A stretch of DNA of 53,852 bases from a virus (IMGVR_UViG_3300009428_000011:1-53852), one strand, 5' to 3'. Positions 26,101 through 35,400 are shown, counted from the stretch's first letter. Notes: generated by a model from the letters alone, not told the origin. Made by a program: numbers and translations.

Positions 26101-29100
26101 TTTTCCTTTTTGAGTCTAAGCGTTCAAGCTCTTCACTAGACTCTCTTGCTTGGCGCTCTGCTTTGCTGTTGTACTTATCAAGATCAAGGTTATCTCTACC
26201 GGTTATGGCCCATGACGGATTGTTAGCGGCCCGATTAGATTCGCGATAAATGTATGACTTACTATCTTCTAAATAACTCTCTATAACCTCTTTGGCTTTG
26301 CTCTTTCGCTCTGGCGTATCTAGCAGGCCCTTGTCGTTTAAATGTGTAAGTATAGACTCTGCACTAATCCTTAACTCTTCGTTAAAGTCTCGGCCTCTTC
26401 CTCTGTGCGTAGCCATGTTGTATTGGCGCTCTGTATCGCTATCAATTGCAGGTACGCTAACATCAACGCCAAACTTAGATGTATTAGCGTTTTGAGCGGT
26501 TGAACTATCTGGAATTTCCGGATTGTTGGATTGAGCTGTAGGCTCTTGGTCAAATAGAGTCGGCTCGCTATCTCCAAACATATCAGGGCCATTTTCTTGC
26601 TCTACGCTTTCTGGCTCTACTGCTGTTTCTTCTACTTGAAACGTATCATCAATGCCAAATTCTTTACGCAGTTCGCTGTACGCTTGTCGGTTAATACTTT
26701 CTGGTGTATCACTATTAAACTCTTGATACGTTTCAAACGATGATTCAGCTAGGGCCTTATCAATGGCTGGTTCATAACCTTCTTCAATTTTAGCCATGGC
26801 AACATCAAAGCCAGGCGAGCCTTTTTTAAGGCCCTGCTCTTTGGCTTGGCTCTGTAACCATTTGCGTTTAGTGGTTTTTAGTATTGGTGGTAGCTCGGCT
26901 GATTGTTCAGGATTAACAGCGTCTTGTTCACTATTTTCAAGTTTTTGCTCTGGAATAACACTGTTTTGTTCATTTTTAACTTCAATTTGTTCATTCGTAA
27001 CAGTCTGGCTATCCTGCGTTTCAGTGCTGGGCATTTCTTTAGCCAATGGCACTAGTTGTTCAATAGGCGCATTTAAGCGGATCACTTTTACTGGCTCGCC
27101 TTTTTCGCGGGCGGCTAGCCACTGGTGATGACCGTCGAGTACATAGTTATCATTCGATACTAATATAGAACGGTTGCCGCCTTCAAACTCCATTGCCTTT
27201 TTAACCTTGGCTGGTGAAAACTCTTGCTGCGTTGGCTTTAATGACTGTGCTGGCACTTCATCTTTTTCACTGTCGATGTCACGCGCTTTCATAAAATTAA
27301 CCATAGCGCCACGGCTCTCAGCTTTGACTTGTGGCATTTCTGAACGTGGTATATTTTTGGTGCCGCTCTCCTTGGTAAAAGATTGCCATTCATCATCAAT
27401 CATTTCACCTGCGATATTCTTACCTTCTTCGCTACTCACTTGTTCCGCGTCTACGTTTAACGATAACGCTTCACCTTCTTGTTGGGCTGGTTGCGCTTGA
27501 TCGCCCTGTTCATTTTGCGCAACCGTATCAGTTTCAGGGCTTTGCTCCGCTGCTGCCTGTTCTGAATCTTGCTTAGTGCCATCATCGCCTTTAATCGTCC
27601 AGCCAAAACCATTATCAAAACTTACTGCTTTTGTTTTGTGGCCGGCTCTGCGTGCTGCTCGCGCTTCTTTACTTAATAGCGCATCGCGTTTGGTTTTAAA
27701 TGCTTCACCATTTTTAGCCACGTTAACGCCGCTTTCGTTACCAGCAAAGATAATATCTTTTTGTGGTAATAAGTTTTGCGAGTCTTTACCGGCTTGCTTA
27801 ACCTGCTCTGCTGCGCGCTGCTGTGGTCGGCCATCTTCACCAAAAATAATATCTTTTTGTGCAATGCCTTTAGGCTGTGACTCAAGATCCGCTTGTGCTT
27901 GCTCGCGCATTTCACGGTTTTTAGTTTGCTCTGTTGTTGGCAGCTTGCCTTGCTCTGGTATTACTTGGCCGTCTATTGGTGCGTTTTCTATGCCTTGTGC
28001 GTTTTTAGCGTCTGGACCTAATAGCTCGCCTTCGTGCTGATACTTTATAGGACTAAAGCGATCCTCTGGCGTTGGTGACTTGTCAAACGCTGCCGCTTTT
28101 ACTCGCTCGTCTACAGTAGGTGCGTTGTTGCCTGCTTCTAAGTCTCTTAGCGACTGTTGCGCTGGGCTTGTAAGCATATCACCATACTGGCCGGCTGCTT
28201 TTGCTGTCTGGTCAAAGCCTGCTTGTCTTGCGGCTGTTGGCGCATCGTAATCAATATCATCATTTTTAAATACAGGCGTTTCGGTATCTTCTGGTATTGT
28301 TTGCGCTTGCTCTGTTTCTTGTGATCCCGGCTGATTTTGTTGGGCTGCGGCTGTAAACAAAGGATCATCAATGCCGAATTTTTCTTTCATTGTACGGGCA
28401 ACAATTGCTGACGCTTCAACCTCTGTAAAACCTTGCTTAATGGCTGAGTCGTATTGCTGCTTTTTAACTGTTTCAATGGCTTCTTCTGGTGCTGCGCCTG
28501 CTTCTACAAGCTGATCAACACCTTCCTTAACGGCTTCTGCTGATTTTTGCTGATAACCCATAGCCTTTTGCGCCGTTTCTGAGCCGGTACGCATAACGCC
28601 ACCAACCAAGAGGCCACCAACAAAGGCTTCGTCTAGCCCTTCAAATTCATCAACGCTTTTGCCAGCACCCCATTGCGCTAGTGCTTCTTGCCCTGTCTCA
28701 GTTAAACCCTCTGCGCCTGCGCCTTTCAGTATGCGCTTAGCAAAGGTTGGATCGCGTACCGCTTCGACCAGCTCACCACGGCCCATGCGTTTAGCCGTTT
28801 CGACTACGCCATCTTTTAAAATGTCTTTACCAAGTTGGCCCATGCTAACTTTGATACCTAAACGCTCAAGTAACATTTGCCCGGCACCGGACGCAACCGC
28901 TTTAACTTCGTCTTTTTCGCCTTCTGGTTGTTTCTCGTAAGCTTCGTTAGCTAAGCCGCCCGCCATACCAAACGCACCAACACCGGTAGCCGCACCCGCC
29001 ATGTAGGGCAGTGAGCCCGCAACTAGTTCGCCTGTGTAGCTACCTAAATCGCTGAGGCTTTCAATGTCCTTATATGATTTTACTGTCGGCTCGTACTGCT

Positions 29101-29371
29101 CTTGCTCTTTAACGTTACGATCAATGCCTTCTTGAGCCCACTGCGATAACGCTCCGCCTTGACCTATTGCACGACCTATAGCACCCGTTTGTTCTTCCTC
29201 TGGCACTCCAACGTCAGTAAAGCCCTTAACGGCTCGGTACCCAATCTCTTGTAACTTATCAACACCTGCCCCTAGTGCTGCAGACATACCTCCTTCAGCT
29301 TCTGGCTTTGCAAAGGGATCGATAAATTCAATTTCTTTATTAGTAAATGGGTCTAATATTTTATTGGCCAT
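20168..29371 (-). CDS. giant polyvalent internal virion/ejection protein (ParB-like, N6-adenine MTase, zincin-like and C-terminal helical domains)
   Basis: 3067 aa at the end of the late operon. LKPTQ..ILVSNDNYVLDGHHQW (ParB/Srx); FFPTP..VLEPSAGNG..YDRIVMNPPF (MTase); KGAY..VYII..TLAHETIAHGG..EEIFA (metallopeptidase-like). Confidence 0.85.
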   Translation of the reverse strand: MANKILDPFTNKEIEFIDPFAKPEAEGGMSAALGAGVDKLQEIGYRAVKGFTDVGVPEEEQTGAIGRAIGQGGALSQWAQEGIDRNVKEQEQYEPTVKSYKDIESLSDLGSYTGELVAGSLPYMAGAATGVGAFGMAGGLANEAYEKQPEGEKDEVKAVASGAGQMLLERLGIKVSMGQLGKDILKDGVVETAKRMGRGELVEAVRDPTFAKRILKGAGAEGLTETGQEALAQWGAGKSVDEFEGLDEAFVGGLLVGGVMRTGSETAQKAMGYQQKSAEAVKEGVDQLVEAGAAPEEAIETVKKQQYDSAIKQGFTEVEASAIVARTMKEKFGIDDPLFTAAAQQNQPGSQETEQAQTIPEDTETPVFKNDDIDYDAPTAARQAGFDQTAKAAGQYGDMLTSPAQQSLRDLEAGNNAPTVDERVKAAAFDKSPTPEDRFSPIKYQHEGELLGPDAKNAQGIENAPIDGQVIPEQGKLPTTEQTKNREMREQAQADLESQPKGIAQKDIIFGEDGRPQQRAAEQVKQAGKDSQNLLPQKDIIFAGNESGVNVAKNGEAFKTKRDALLSKEARAARRAGHKTKAVSFDNGFGWTIKGDDGTKQDSEQAAAEQSPETDTVAQNEQGDQAQPAQQEGEALSLNVDAEQVSSEEGKNIAGEMIDDEWQSFTKESGTKNIPRSEMPQVKAESRGAMVNFMKARDIDSEKDEVPAQSLKPTQQEFSPAKVKKAMEFEGGNRSILVSNDNYVLDGHHQWLAAREKGEPVKVIRLNAPIEQLVPLAKEMPSTETQDSQTVTNEQIEVKNEQNSVIPEQKLENSEQDAVNPEQSAELPPILKTTKRKWLQSQAKEQGLKKGSPGFDVAMAKIEEGYEPAIDKALAESSFETYQEFNSDTPESINRQAYSELRKEFGIDDTFQVEETAVEPESVEQENGPDMFGDSEPTLFDQEPTAQSNNPEIPDSSTAQNANTSKFGVDVSVPAIDSDTERQYNMATHRGRGRDFNEELRISAESILTHLNDKGLLDTPERKSKAKEVIESYLEDSKSYIYRESNRAANNPSWAITGRDNLDLDKYNSKAERQARESSEELERLDSKRKNIAARVEAVMNEDQRAAATQRKKESDKQKSIIDFANELGAMQTPGLNKSAFMPRAKKAWDRILSTHGDEAAQAIDKIESALKNSGTTLKSVLGSRSKLWKEIETVTGGEQSSTSQAPVKQTPIESGLDAYDSMTDAMSKGELGSVQEVKRVLDYLADNKDSVKAELRKLNKKQLTRLVSGHVWSDTKKDELVDSAYRDMFTRFRFIGEQSEFITTNSYKLEDKISEAKKHVDSLTDQQVAEYSQEQKAKIDAQKERFDQYLDKLKNPQTLDDFKAKIKAQGQDSLTTEQQAEYDKLIAGETMASKNEKPTEKEGLKTGGDVELGEPTEGVHGKTGEKIFNVNVISRLGKDAFKEAAAFARSMGGGYYRSNFYFKSVEDAELFSGWVNGETVDTTEKQAERQEARSQKNADKLQAMAEKAEQRASEALNADRKTNTIKRLGEAESATAKAEKEIELSKIMRELPGSDTIVLKNATQKVQVELLDSLARSLVNSAPESQVNKDSNSRRTFKAEVSKAERAKHARMPLKTTKVFRLKEIARDMEDTKGFVLLGRKMNALVKGKSDQDYIDVDDTLIPKYIDYIENNLSQYDMLRDAAANYKRLDRMGITNVPTLRTALIEYMNLSENSSTGKAPSKLSQMERDLQRTMLGNRNAFNDFFPTPESLASDIAEMADIEPGMRVLEPSAGNGLLADAAREQGATVDVVEMGGQLREILQEKGHNLVGNDFLEFAPENGYDRIVMNPPFSNDQDIKHVEHAYKMLNPGGKLVAITSSMAGERSNKANKEFNTWLDSLDAEQQTLPEGAFKSSLNPTNVNTKAIVIEKPSDAPEVQIASDVKFSKSKSKKPASSKSISTEQAQRIADQFVKDLKGANGITVNILEDTATAEKLWRMSLEGATVKGAYSEMSNTVYIIAENMDSIEDLKQTLAHETIAHGGLDTVIGKEAKQEFIDRIKKTKGRKAFEKYWKDANNDYWDASEDVKAEEIFARFVENEPTKGELKYWWQALKRFIRAQLDKVGLAYSEDTELTAMREMLESIVKGFKAQRESMAGSEAEIAYSQSDKKFSRTANNDTSPAPNKIAESVKKAFNRDRFEKSSVPEWEALNAQLRETDKTAGDKIKRQLSRWFMPGGNLPETVQQAKRGRDRDVAVHEFDVSMLVGKLNSAMKAAKINPDRLADDQWTKYHQFLIGENDGKALNQSERDTLILMREHIDGLTKDYVASVNNKLQQRVAEDGDIDPKESARLEKMLGNMGKYLNRSYKAFDDPKWFEKIPTKVIDDARAYLMQQYEKDGATAKEAQQKAQVTMNEMVKTSTAYDSLGSFIAESKLGSKDLSTLIPRKDISPEIRALLGEYADPRINYAKSVSKMSAMIANDKLLSTIRDMGINNFIFEKDSRPPNATVQLAGEASEVYAPLNGMWTTPEIKEAFEDAMGGERGEGWLDKAIQINGFIKFGKTVLSPTTAMRNVMSAYFFTVANGHFNQKYMKQAVAAFNAQVKEKVTDGESDYIKRLIKLGVLYDSANAGDIVKVMTDGKINQMLEGKSGAAFENLRWLTAKATGFYRFGDDFWKIVGFENEKAALVRTGMKEGEAEALAAERIQNTYPTYSRVGKAGAWLSRFPLAGTFVSFPAEVIRTTGNMMKLAASEIKSDNPKIREMGAKRIVGMSLASGGMFALSALSAAMFGVTDDEEEALRDLAPPWQKNSTFIYAGRDSDNNLRYFDMSFLDPYAYWKRPIEAMMRDQPVNEAIASSLSDMVSPFLGTDISTGKILEVVSNKKQSGGQVYKENDTAIRKSADIAGHLALGLAPGAVNNAWRIGMAATDVKRSTGKPYSLSDEMLALAGFRSSTFDPKVGLYYRTFDFNSAIAEARKELSGVLRDPNKVSDDEISAAKERAKTKQEQAFKQMSRLIKAAQTGGASRRQVMQILLLAGISKRNVGFLLREQVPPVNLSDRSFESAVKRAQLIMDNESAREVRSRFNRIIKND

Positions 29372-30626
29372 TTGATAAGTACCCTTGTTGGATAGCTATT
29401 TGCGTAGCTTGTTGTTCAGTAAGATTTTTGTTGACTTCCATAAATTTATTGATAACACCGCTTGCATCGACACCATCTATCTTGCTTATATATTTAGCTT
29501 TATTTTTTCCATTTCCTGCCTCTGGCGGTTCTTCTATGGCTTTTTTGCCATATATCTCACCTAGCTTATTCTTGCGCTGCTCAAATTGGCTCCTAACTGC
29601 CGCTATCGCTTCCTTTTTATCCGCTTCTTCACTTGAGTCTTTTTCAGGTTTTCCATAGTTGTATTCTATTTCAGCAAGCGCACTAGATTCGTCCTCGATT
29701 ATTTTTACCCTTGCCTTTCGGTACTCGGACTCTTGAGGGGCTTCTTTTTGCTGTACGCTTCTTCTTCCAAAGTTTGCAGCAACTTCGGTCCCCATTTTGT
29801 CCCAATATTCAGGGCGCTCTATCATATCTGCCATCATTGCGCGTGTTTTGATGGTGCCAACCAACTCTTTAGGCGTGTAAGTCATTACAGGATCGTCGCC
29901 CTCAGACGTTCGCCCCTTAGTCATTGGCTTGATTTCTTTTGCGCCATTTTCATAGGTAACTTGTAACGCCAGGGCTACGCTTCCATCTTCACGTTCAGCC
30001 GGCACAAAGCCAGCAAAATCCACGCTCGCAATTTTTGACTTAACGGTTTCGTCATACTGCCCAACGGATGAATTTATCTTGTCTTTAAATACACCGTTAA
30101 ATAATTTAATTGTTTCAGGCGAGTTGGCTTCGGCCATATTTCCGCTTTTGATAACGGTATCAAGCTTTGTGCTTAATCCTTTTACCGCTTCACGATATTC
30201 AGGCTTCATGTAAGTACGCGGGTCCATGCCTTTATTGCGTGAAAGTACATCGTTTAAATCTTCAGGTATCTGGCCTGTTTCTCTGAATGACTGCCACGCT
30301 ACAGGTATTGCCTGCTGATCTTTTTGCCACTGCGCCTGTTGTGATTGAAAATTTTGTTGCCACTGCCTTTGCTGTTTGTTTGCGTCTAGCGTTTCGTTGC
30401 GATAATCGTTAGCTGATTGCGCTTGGCTTTCACGCCATTTAACGTCCTGCTCGCGATTTTGAACGCGCTCATTATCAAGTTGTGATTGTCTATCTAGTCC
30501 ATCTTGATAACGCTGATCGTTTCGCTTATCCATATCAGCAAGGCGAGCTTTATTGTCCTTGCGTGCTTGATGGCGCTCCATCATTTCAAAGCCCTTTAAC
30601 GCCCCGTCTACAAATGCGCCTGCCAT
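29361..30626 (-). CDS. putative DNA ejection protein
   Basis: MAGAFVDGALKGF N-terminus followed by a Q/R-rich coiled coil; precedes the giant gene. Confidence 0.65.
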   Translation of the reverse strand: MAGAFVDGALKGFEMMERHQARKDNKARLADMDKRNDQRYQDGLDRQSQLDNERVQNREQDVKWRESQAQSANDYRNETLDANKQQRQWQQNFQSQQAQWQKDQQAIPVAWQSFRETGQIPEDLNDVLSRNKGMDPRTYMKPEYREAVKGLSTKLDTVIKSGNMAEANSPETIKLFNGVFKDKINSSVGQYDETVKSKIASVDFAGFVPAEREDGSVALALQVTYENGAKEIKPMTKGRTSEGDDPVMTYTPKELVGTIKTRAMMADMIERPEYWDKMGTEVAANFGRRSVQQKEAPQESEYRKARVKIIEDESSALAEIEYNYGKPEKDSSEEADKKEAIAAVRSQFEQRKNKLGEIYGKKAIEEPPEAGNGKNKAKYISKIDGVDASGVINKFMEVNKNLTEQQATQIAIQQGYLSNGQ

Positions 30627-30636
30627 ACATTACCCC

Positions 30637-30894
30637 TTAAAGTGAACCAGCAACTAAACCAATAGCGCCGCCTATAGCTGCACCCCAAGGCCCGCCAACC
30701 GAACCAGCTTGCGCACCTGCCATCCAGCCAACCATGGCACCGGTGCCAGCACCGCTAATTTGTGAGCTTTTTTGCTGCTGCTTTAGGTTTTCGTTAGTCA
30801 TATCGCGGTTTTGCTCCATATCAGATAGAGATTTAAGCGAGCCTGTGGCCTTGTTTTTTGTACTTTGACCTGCTTGCAGTATTGAATAAGCCAT
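30637..30894 (-). CDS. small glycine-zipper virion/ejection protein
   Basis: C-terminal GAGTGAMVGW..GGPWGAAIGGAIG glycine zipper. Confidence 0.7.
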   Translation of the reverse strand: MAYSILQAGQSTKNKATGSLKSLSDMEQNRDMTNENLKQQQKSSQISGAGTGAMVGWMAGAQAGSVGGPWGAAIGGAIGLVAGSL

Positions 30895-31328
30895 TATTTA
30901 CCACCTATATCAGCTAGAGACTTAGGCGCGCCGCCTTGCCCCGTTAGAATTGAGTTTTGCAAATCGTCTACTGACTCGCGTGTTTCGTTGTTTACAGAGG
31001 CCGTTGTTAGGCTTTTTAATAAACCTGTATTGGCGCTGCTTTGCTTTGTTTCATCTGGCGTTAAACCGTATCGCCCCAAGCGTTGCGACTCGGCCACTTT
31101 CGATTGATTGAAAGAAGTGCTTATATTTTTTTCATTGCGCGCCATCTGTTCATTTAGCAACTTGTCGCTTGTCGCTAGGCCAAACAATTCCTCCTGGACC
31201 GGTAAGAAGCGCGTTTTATAATCTTCAAATTGCTGGCGAGTTAGATCGGCTAAGGCGTTTTGATATTTATCGGTTCTAATGCTTGAGCTATCAACACTGT
31301 AAATATCGTAATCAAAATCATCTTCCAT
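30894..31328 (-). CDS. putative internal virion protein
   Basis: 144 aa; AGGAG RBS; within the ejection-gene cluster. Confidence 0.7.
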   Translation of the reverse strand: MEDDFDYDIYSVDSSSIRTDKYQNALADLTRQQFEDYKTRFLPVQEELFGLATSDKLLNEQMARNEKNISTSFNQSKVAESQRLGRYGLTPDETKQSSANTGLLKSLTTASVNNETRESVDDLQNSILTGQGGAPKSLADIGGK

Positions 31329-31337
31329 AGATTTCTC

Positions 31338-31388
31338 CTATGTAGTCCAGTTGTTGGGGTCGTTATTGCTTGCTAAGTTGAAACTCAT
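31338..31388 (-). CDS. 16-codon mini-ORF in frame with the downstream gene
   Basis: GGAGG-8nt-ATG; MSFNLASNNDPNNWTT-TAG, then 3 codons and the in-frame ATG 31328. Confidence 0.4.
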   Translation of the reverse strand: MSFNLASNNDPNNWTT

Positions 31389-31389
31389 A

Positions 31390-32025
31390 TTAACCGCCTC
31401 CCATTAGTGATTTATTTACATCGCTTGGCGTTGCTGCGTTAGCATTGATCACTGGGTCTGGCTTTGGAGGTGGTAAGTTTTTATAATAACTACCTGCGGC
31501 ACCAGCCAGCGCACCCGCAGCGCCAATTATTGAGTCACTTTGGGCTCTGCTGTTTGCTGCATCATTAAACGCTTTTCGTTGTGAGCTGCCGGCAATATCG
31601 CTTAGCGTTGCTGTCGCTTCCTGTGACTGCCCTTGCCCCATAGCCATTACATTTGCCATCTTGCCTGTGTAGCGCTCCTGCCCCGCAACTTGTGAACTTG
31701 ATTTTGCATCGCTTGTTACTGACGCTTCGTTGTCGGCCATATCACTAACAACGTTTTTGAACTTGCCGCTATTTGGGTTTATGCCGTTCGCTTCCATACT
31801 TGAAAGTGCGTTATTACTGGCATCTGAAAAGGATTTTTTATAACCAAGATTTGTATTCTCGGCTATGTCATCGTAAACGCTTGCGTCATTGGCTTGCTTT
31901 GCTTCGTCAATAACTTGGTTTTCAAACGGTACAATGCTGTCTTGGTAGTAAGCCCATTCTTCGCCGTATACTTTGGCAAGCTCTTTTTCGTACTCTGTTT
32001 CTTTGACTTTGTTGGACTTACCCAT
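31390..32025 (-). CDS. putative internal virion/ejection protein
   Basis: ATG 32025 (MGKSNKVKETEYE) after GGGG; C-terminal GAAGALAGAAG. Confidence 0.7.
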   Translation of the reverse strand: MGKSNKVKETEYEKELAKVYGEEWAYYQDSIVPFENQVIDEAKQANDASVYDDIAENTNLGYKKSFSDASNNALSSMEANGINPNSGKFKNVVSDMADNEASVTSDAKSSSQVAGQERYTGKMANVMAMGQGQSQEATATLSDIAGSSQRKAFNDAANSRAQSDSIIGAAGALAGAAGSYYKNLPPPKPDPVINANAATPSDVNKSLMGGG

Positions 32026-32030
32026 GAATG

Positions 32031-32447
32031 TTATTCCCCTAAAAAGTGTCGCCACACGGTTAAACCATCACGCACGCCAGCGTGAGCCCAGCCATGTGAG
32101 GGAGCTACTTTGTTAAACCCGCGTCTAGCGGTTGCAAATTCGATAAATTGAGCCTTGCCGCACTTAGCAAGCCTAATGATGTGATGTAGGTAACGCTGCG
32201 TAGCATTTCCGCCGTGGCAAGACGCTACGGTTATTTCGATAAAGGTTTGGTTTTCAATGTGACGAGGCCACAAAATAAAAAAACCATCTGGCACCAAAAA
32301 CAAAAAAGCCCACTCGTTTGAGCAGGCTTTATTGATTTCTTGGTATAGGTGCGGGTCGTTTGCAATGTTGCCTATTCGAGTTATTGGCTCTTTAAGCCGA
32401 TCACGGTGTTTATCCCATGATACGCATTGCAGATAAGACTTTTCCAT
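32031..32447 (-). CDS. hypothetical protein, possibly GNAT-like
   Basis: 138 aa; GFFIL..I..LAK..KAQFIEFATARRGF pattern seen in podophage genes at this position. Confidence 0.6.
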   Translation of the reverse strand: MEKSYLQCVSWDKHRDRLKEPITRIGNIANDPHLYQEINKACSNEWAFLFLVPDGFFILWPRHIENQTFIEITVASCHGGNATQRYLHHIIRLAKCGKAQFIEFATARRGFNKVAPSHGWAHAGVRDGLTVWRHFLGE

Positions 32448-32456
32448 TGTGTAGAA

Positions 32457-32485
32457 ATACTAACCTATATTGGGGGGTTTATCCA
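32457..32485 (-). promoter_or_regulatory. candidate internal late promoter
   Basis: TGGATA-17bp-TAGTAT. It shares AAACCCCCCAA with the main late promoter at 53513-53541. Confidence 0.45.
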
Positions 32486-35400
32486 TTATGAAATTGAGCT
32501 CGCCTTTTTAAACACAGAGCATCGTATATCTCCACCCACAGTAGGGAACCCATCCCTATAAGATGTAGACTGATTTAATTTTGCTGTATATGTTCTTGAT
32601 GTATTTGCTGGTATGTCGTGGATAAAGTTACTAAATTCCTCACCCGCTGATGCCTTTTTTCTTGATACTATCGAGCTTGACCCGCTTCGATAAAAGTCAA
32701 CGGTTCCGTATATGGGGCCGCCTTCATAAGCCGCGTAACCACTGCATTTTATGCCGGTTATCTCTACCTTTCTTGCAAATGGTTCAGGTGAAATGCTAAA
32801 TGAAACAATAGTGTCTCCGCTGCTATTTATCGAAAGAGAAATACCCTCTTTTATAAGCACATCATATACATCACCTTCAAGATTTTGAGCATATACGGTG
32901 CCGTAAAAGCTCGCATTCTGCCCAAACAGCGAGTTGATATACGCCGTATCTATTTGCGCGCTACCAATAGCGCCATTGGCAATGTAGGTAGTTACATTTG
33001 AGCTCAATATTTTACTAAGTCCTGCGAATGGCCCAAGTGAAGGCTTGCCAGTTATGCTGTTGTAAGCGAGCGAGTTTAAGTAAGCTAGTGAGCCCAAGCT
33101 CGGCTTTCCTGTCACTTCGTTGTAAGACAATGAATTTTTAGAGGCTAGACTTCCAAGTGTGGGTCTGCCGCTCAAGTCTGAATAACCTAAACTACTTAAA
33201 AACGCGAAAGTTCCCAGGTTTGGCCTACCGCTAAGCTCGTTGTAGCCAAGCGAGTCTTTAGAGGCTAAGTTACCTAGCCCTGTCACTTTGGATGAAGGTA
33301 TTGCGCCGGTGGATGACATTACAACGTTGCCGTTATTATCCTTAATCGTAACTGATTCAAGTGTCGCGCTCTTTGCAAGCATGTTGCCGCCAGGATCAAT
33401 TGAAAAGTTACTGCTTCGCGCCCCGCTAACTGGATTGTAATTAATAGACGGTGTTGTTAGTGTTGAACCAACAAGCAAGCGATTTGCAAGCAGATCATCA
33501 GTAACAAGGCTTTTTATAAATGCCTCGTCAATAATTGCAGTATTAATAACTGTCTTACCATCTGACACCGCAAACACAGGTGTTAAGTTAGTAGGATCTT
33601 GATCTGTTATAACAGCAAGCTTAGCGCCTTTAACTGCGAATATAGGTTCAACACCATCATTCACAAGACCAAGACTTGTTGTGAGTCCATTAACAGTAGA
33701 CTTGACACCCCATAATGCGCTGTACTCACCTTGGTTTGTTGCTACAGTTTCGCTTACTATTTGTAGTGAAGATCTTACGTTGTTTACTTCGGATAATAGC
33801 GTTTCAGACGCGGTTGCTATCGCCTGGTCTGCTTCCGTTTTTGTTGTGTAGTTACTAATAATAAGCGCGCCAATACTATCACCTTCGGGATCTTCGATAA
33901 GTGACCTAAGTACGTTAGTTGCCGAGCTTATTGCGCTATTTGTATCAGACTTTGTGTAATAATTTAATTGTAAATTCGCGCCTATGCTGTTGCCTTCGGG
34001 ATCTTCAATAGTTGCACGTAGCGCAGTATCCGCACTGGCTATTGCTTCGCCTACTTTTGCGCTAGTTAAGTAGTTGTTTAATAGGTCAGCTGAAACATTA
34101 TCAATATCACTATCTAGCTTTTCTATTATTTCTGCGGTTGCCTCTGTGCTACTTGCAAACGTTGATTGGAGTTCATACAGGGTTGCTCGGTTTTCACCCA
34201 TTGCAGCATTTAAAACCGTTAGAGACTCAGCAAAAGCGCTTTGTTCATTAGCAAAAACATTTTGCCTTTGTATTATATCCGCCTCGGCTATCGTCCTTCG
34301 CTCTTGCTCCAAGTCATTAGCTAAAGCGTTTTCAATTGCGGCTATAGCGCTTGTTTCATACTCCGCTCTTAATTGCTGATTTGTTGAAGCGCTTGATTGC
34401 TCCGCATCTGCTTTGGTTTCATACTCATTAAATAGCGTAGCGCCAAGGCTGTTGCCCTGCGGATCTTCAATTTCGCTTTTTAGTATTGTTGTGGCTTGGC
34501 TTATCGCTTGCTCTGTCTCTACAGAGGTTAAAAAGTTTTCGTAAATATCAGAGGTAGCCCCTTCTATTGCGCTTTGCATTGCGTTTGTTGCTTGGCTTAT
34601 AGCGCTTTCTGTATCGACTTTTGTTAAATAATTAACTTCAAGGAATGCCTTGTTTTCATCTACCTTTGTATTTAGCTGTAGAATGTCACTTGCTGTTGAG
34701 CTGGTCGCGTCAGAGAATGCCGCGCTTAACTGCGTTAATTTTGATTCGCTTTCGAGAAAGTTTGTTTCAATAACCGTGATTGATTGCGCTAGCGCCTCTG
34801 TTTGGCTGGTTGTAGCCTCTTGGGTCCTTAGTATGCTGGCGGTAACAATTCTTTGTTGGTCTGCCTGCTGATCATTAGCTAGCGCGTTTTCAATAACAGC
34901 TTGTGCTAACGGCTCGTTTGCAAGCTCAACTTCACTGCTTAGCTGAAATATAGCTCTTGATACTGCTTCTTCTACGCTGGCCTTTGTGCTGTATTCGTGA
35001 AATAGCGTAGCGCCTATGCTGTTACCCATAGGATCTTCAATTTCAGCTTTAAGCAATTGAGCCGATGATGTTATTGCTTCGTTGGTTTCTGTTTTGGTGT
35101 AGTAATCTTGCGTGAGTGTCGCGCTTACTTCTTCGTCTATCGTAGATTTAAGCTGCGTTGTTGCCTGGCTAATAGCTGAATTAGTTTCTACCGTAGTGCT
35201 GTAATCTTGTTTTATTAGCGAGCCTAGACTTTCACCGTCCGGATCTTCTATCTCACTTTTTAACTGTAGGCCATAAGCTGCTATTGCATTGTCTGTCGCA
35301 GTTGATGTGTAGTAATCGTTAAATAGCGTAGCACCTACGCTGTCGCCTTCGGGGTTTTCAATTAATGATCTAAGCGTTTGCGTTGCAGCGGCTATCGCTT

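Noticed and set aside
20178-29966. Numerous + strand ORFs (60-154 aa) opposite the giant gene and its neighbour
   Set aside because: Ser/Leu/Phe-rich antisense shadows of a codon-biased gene, with no RBS or motifs.
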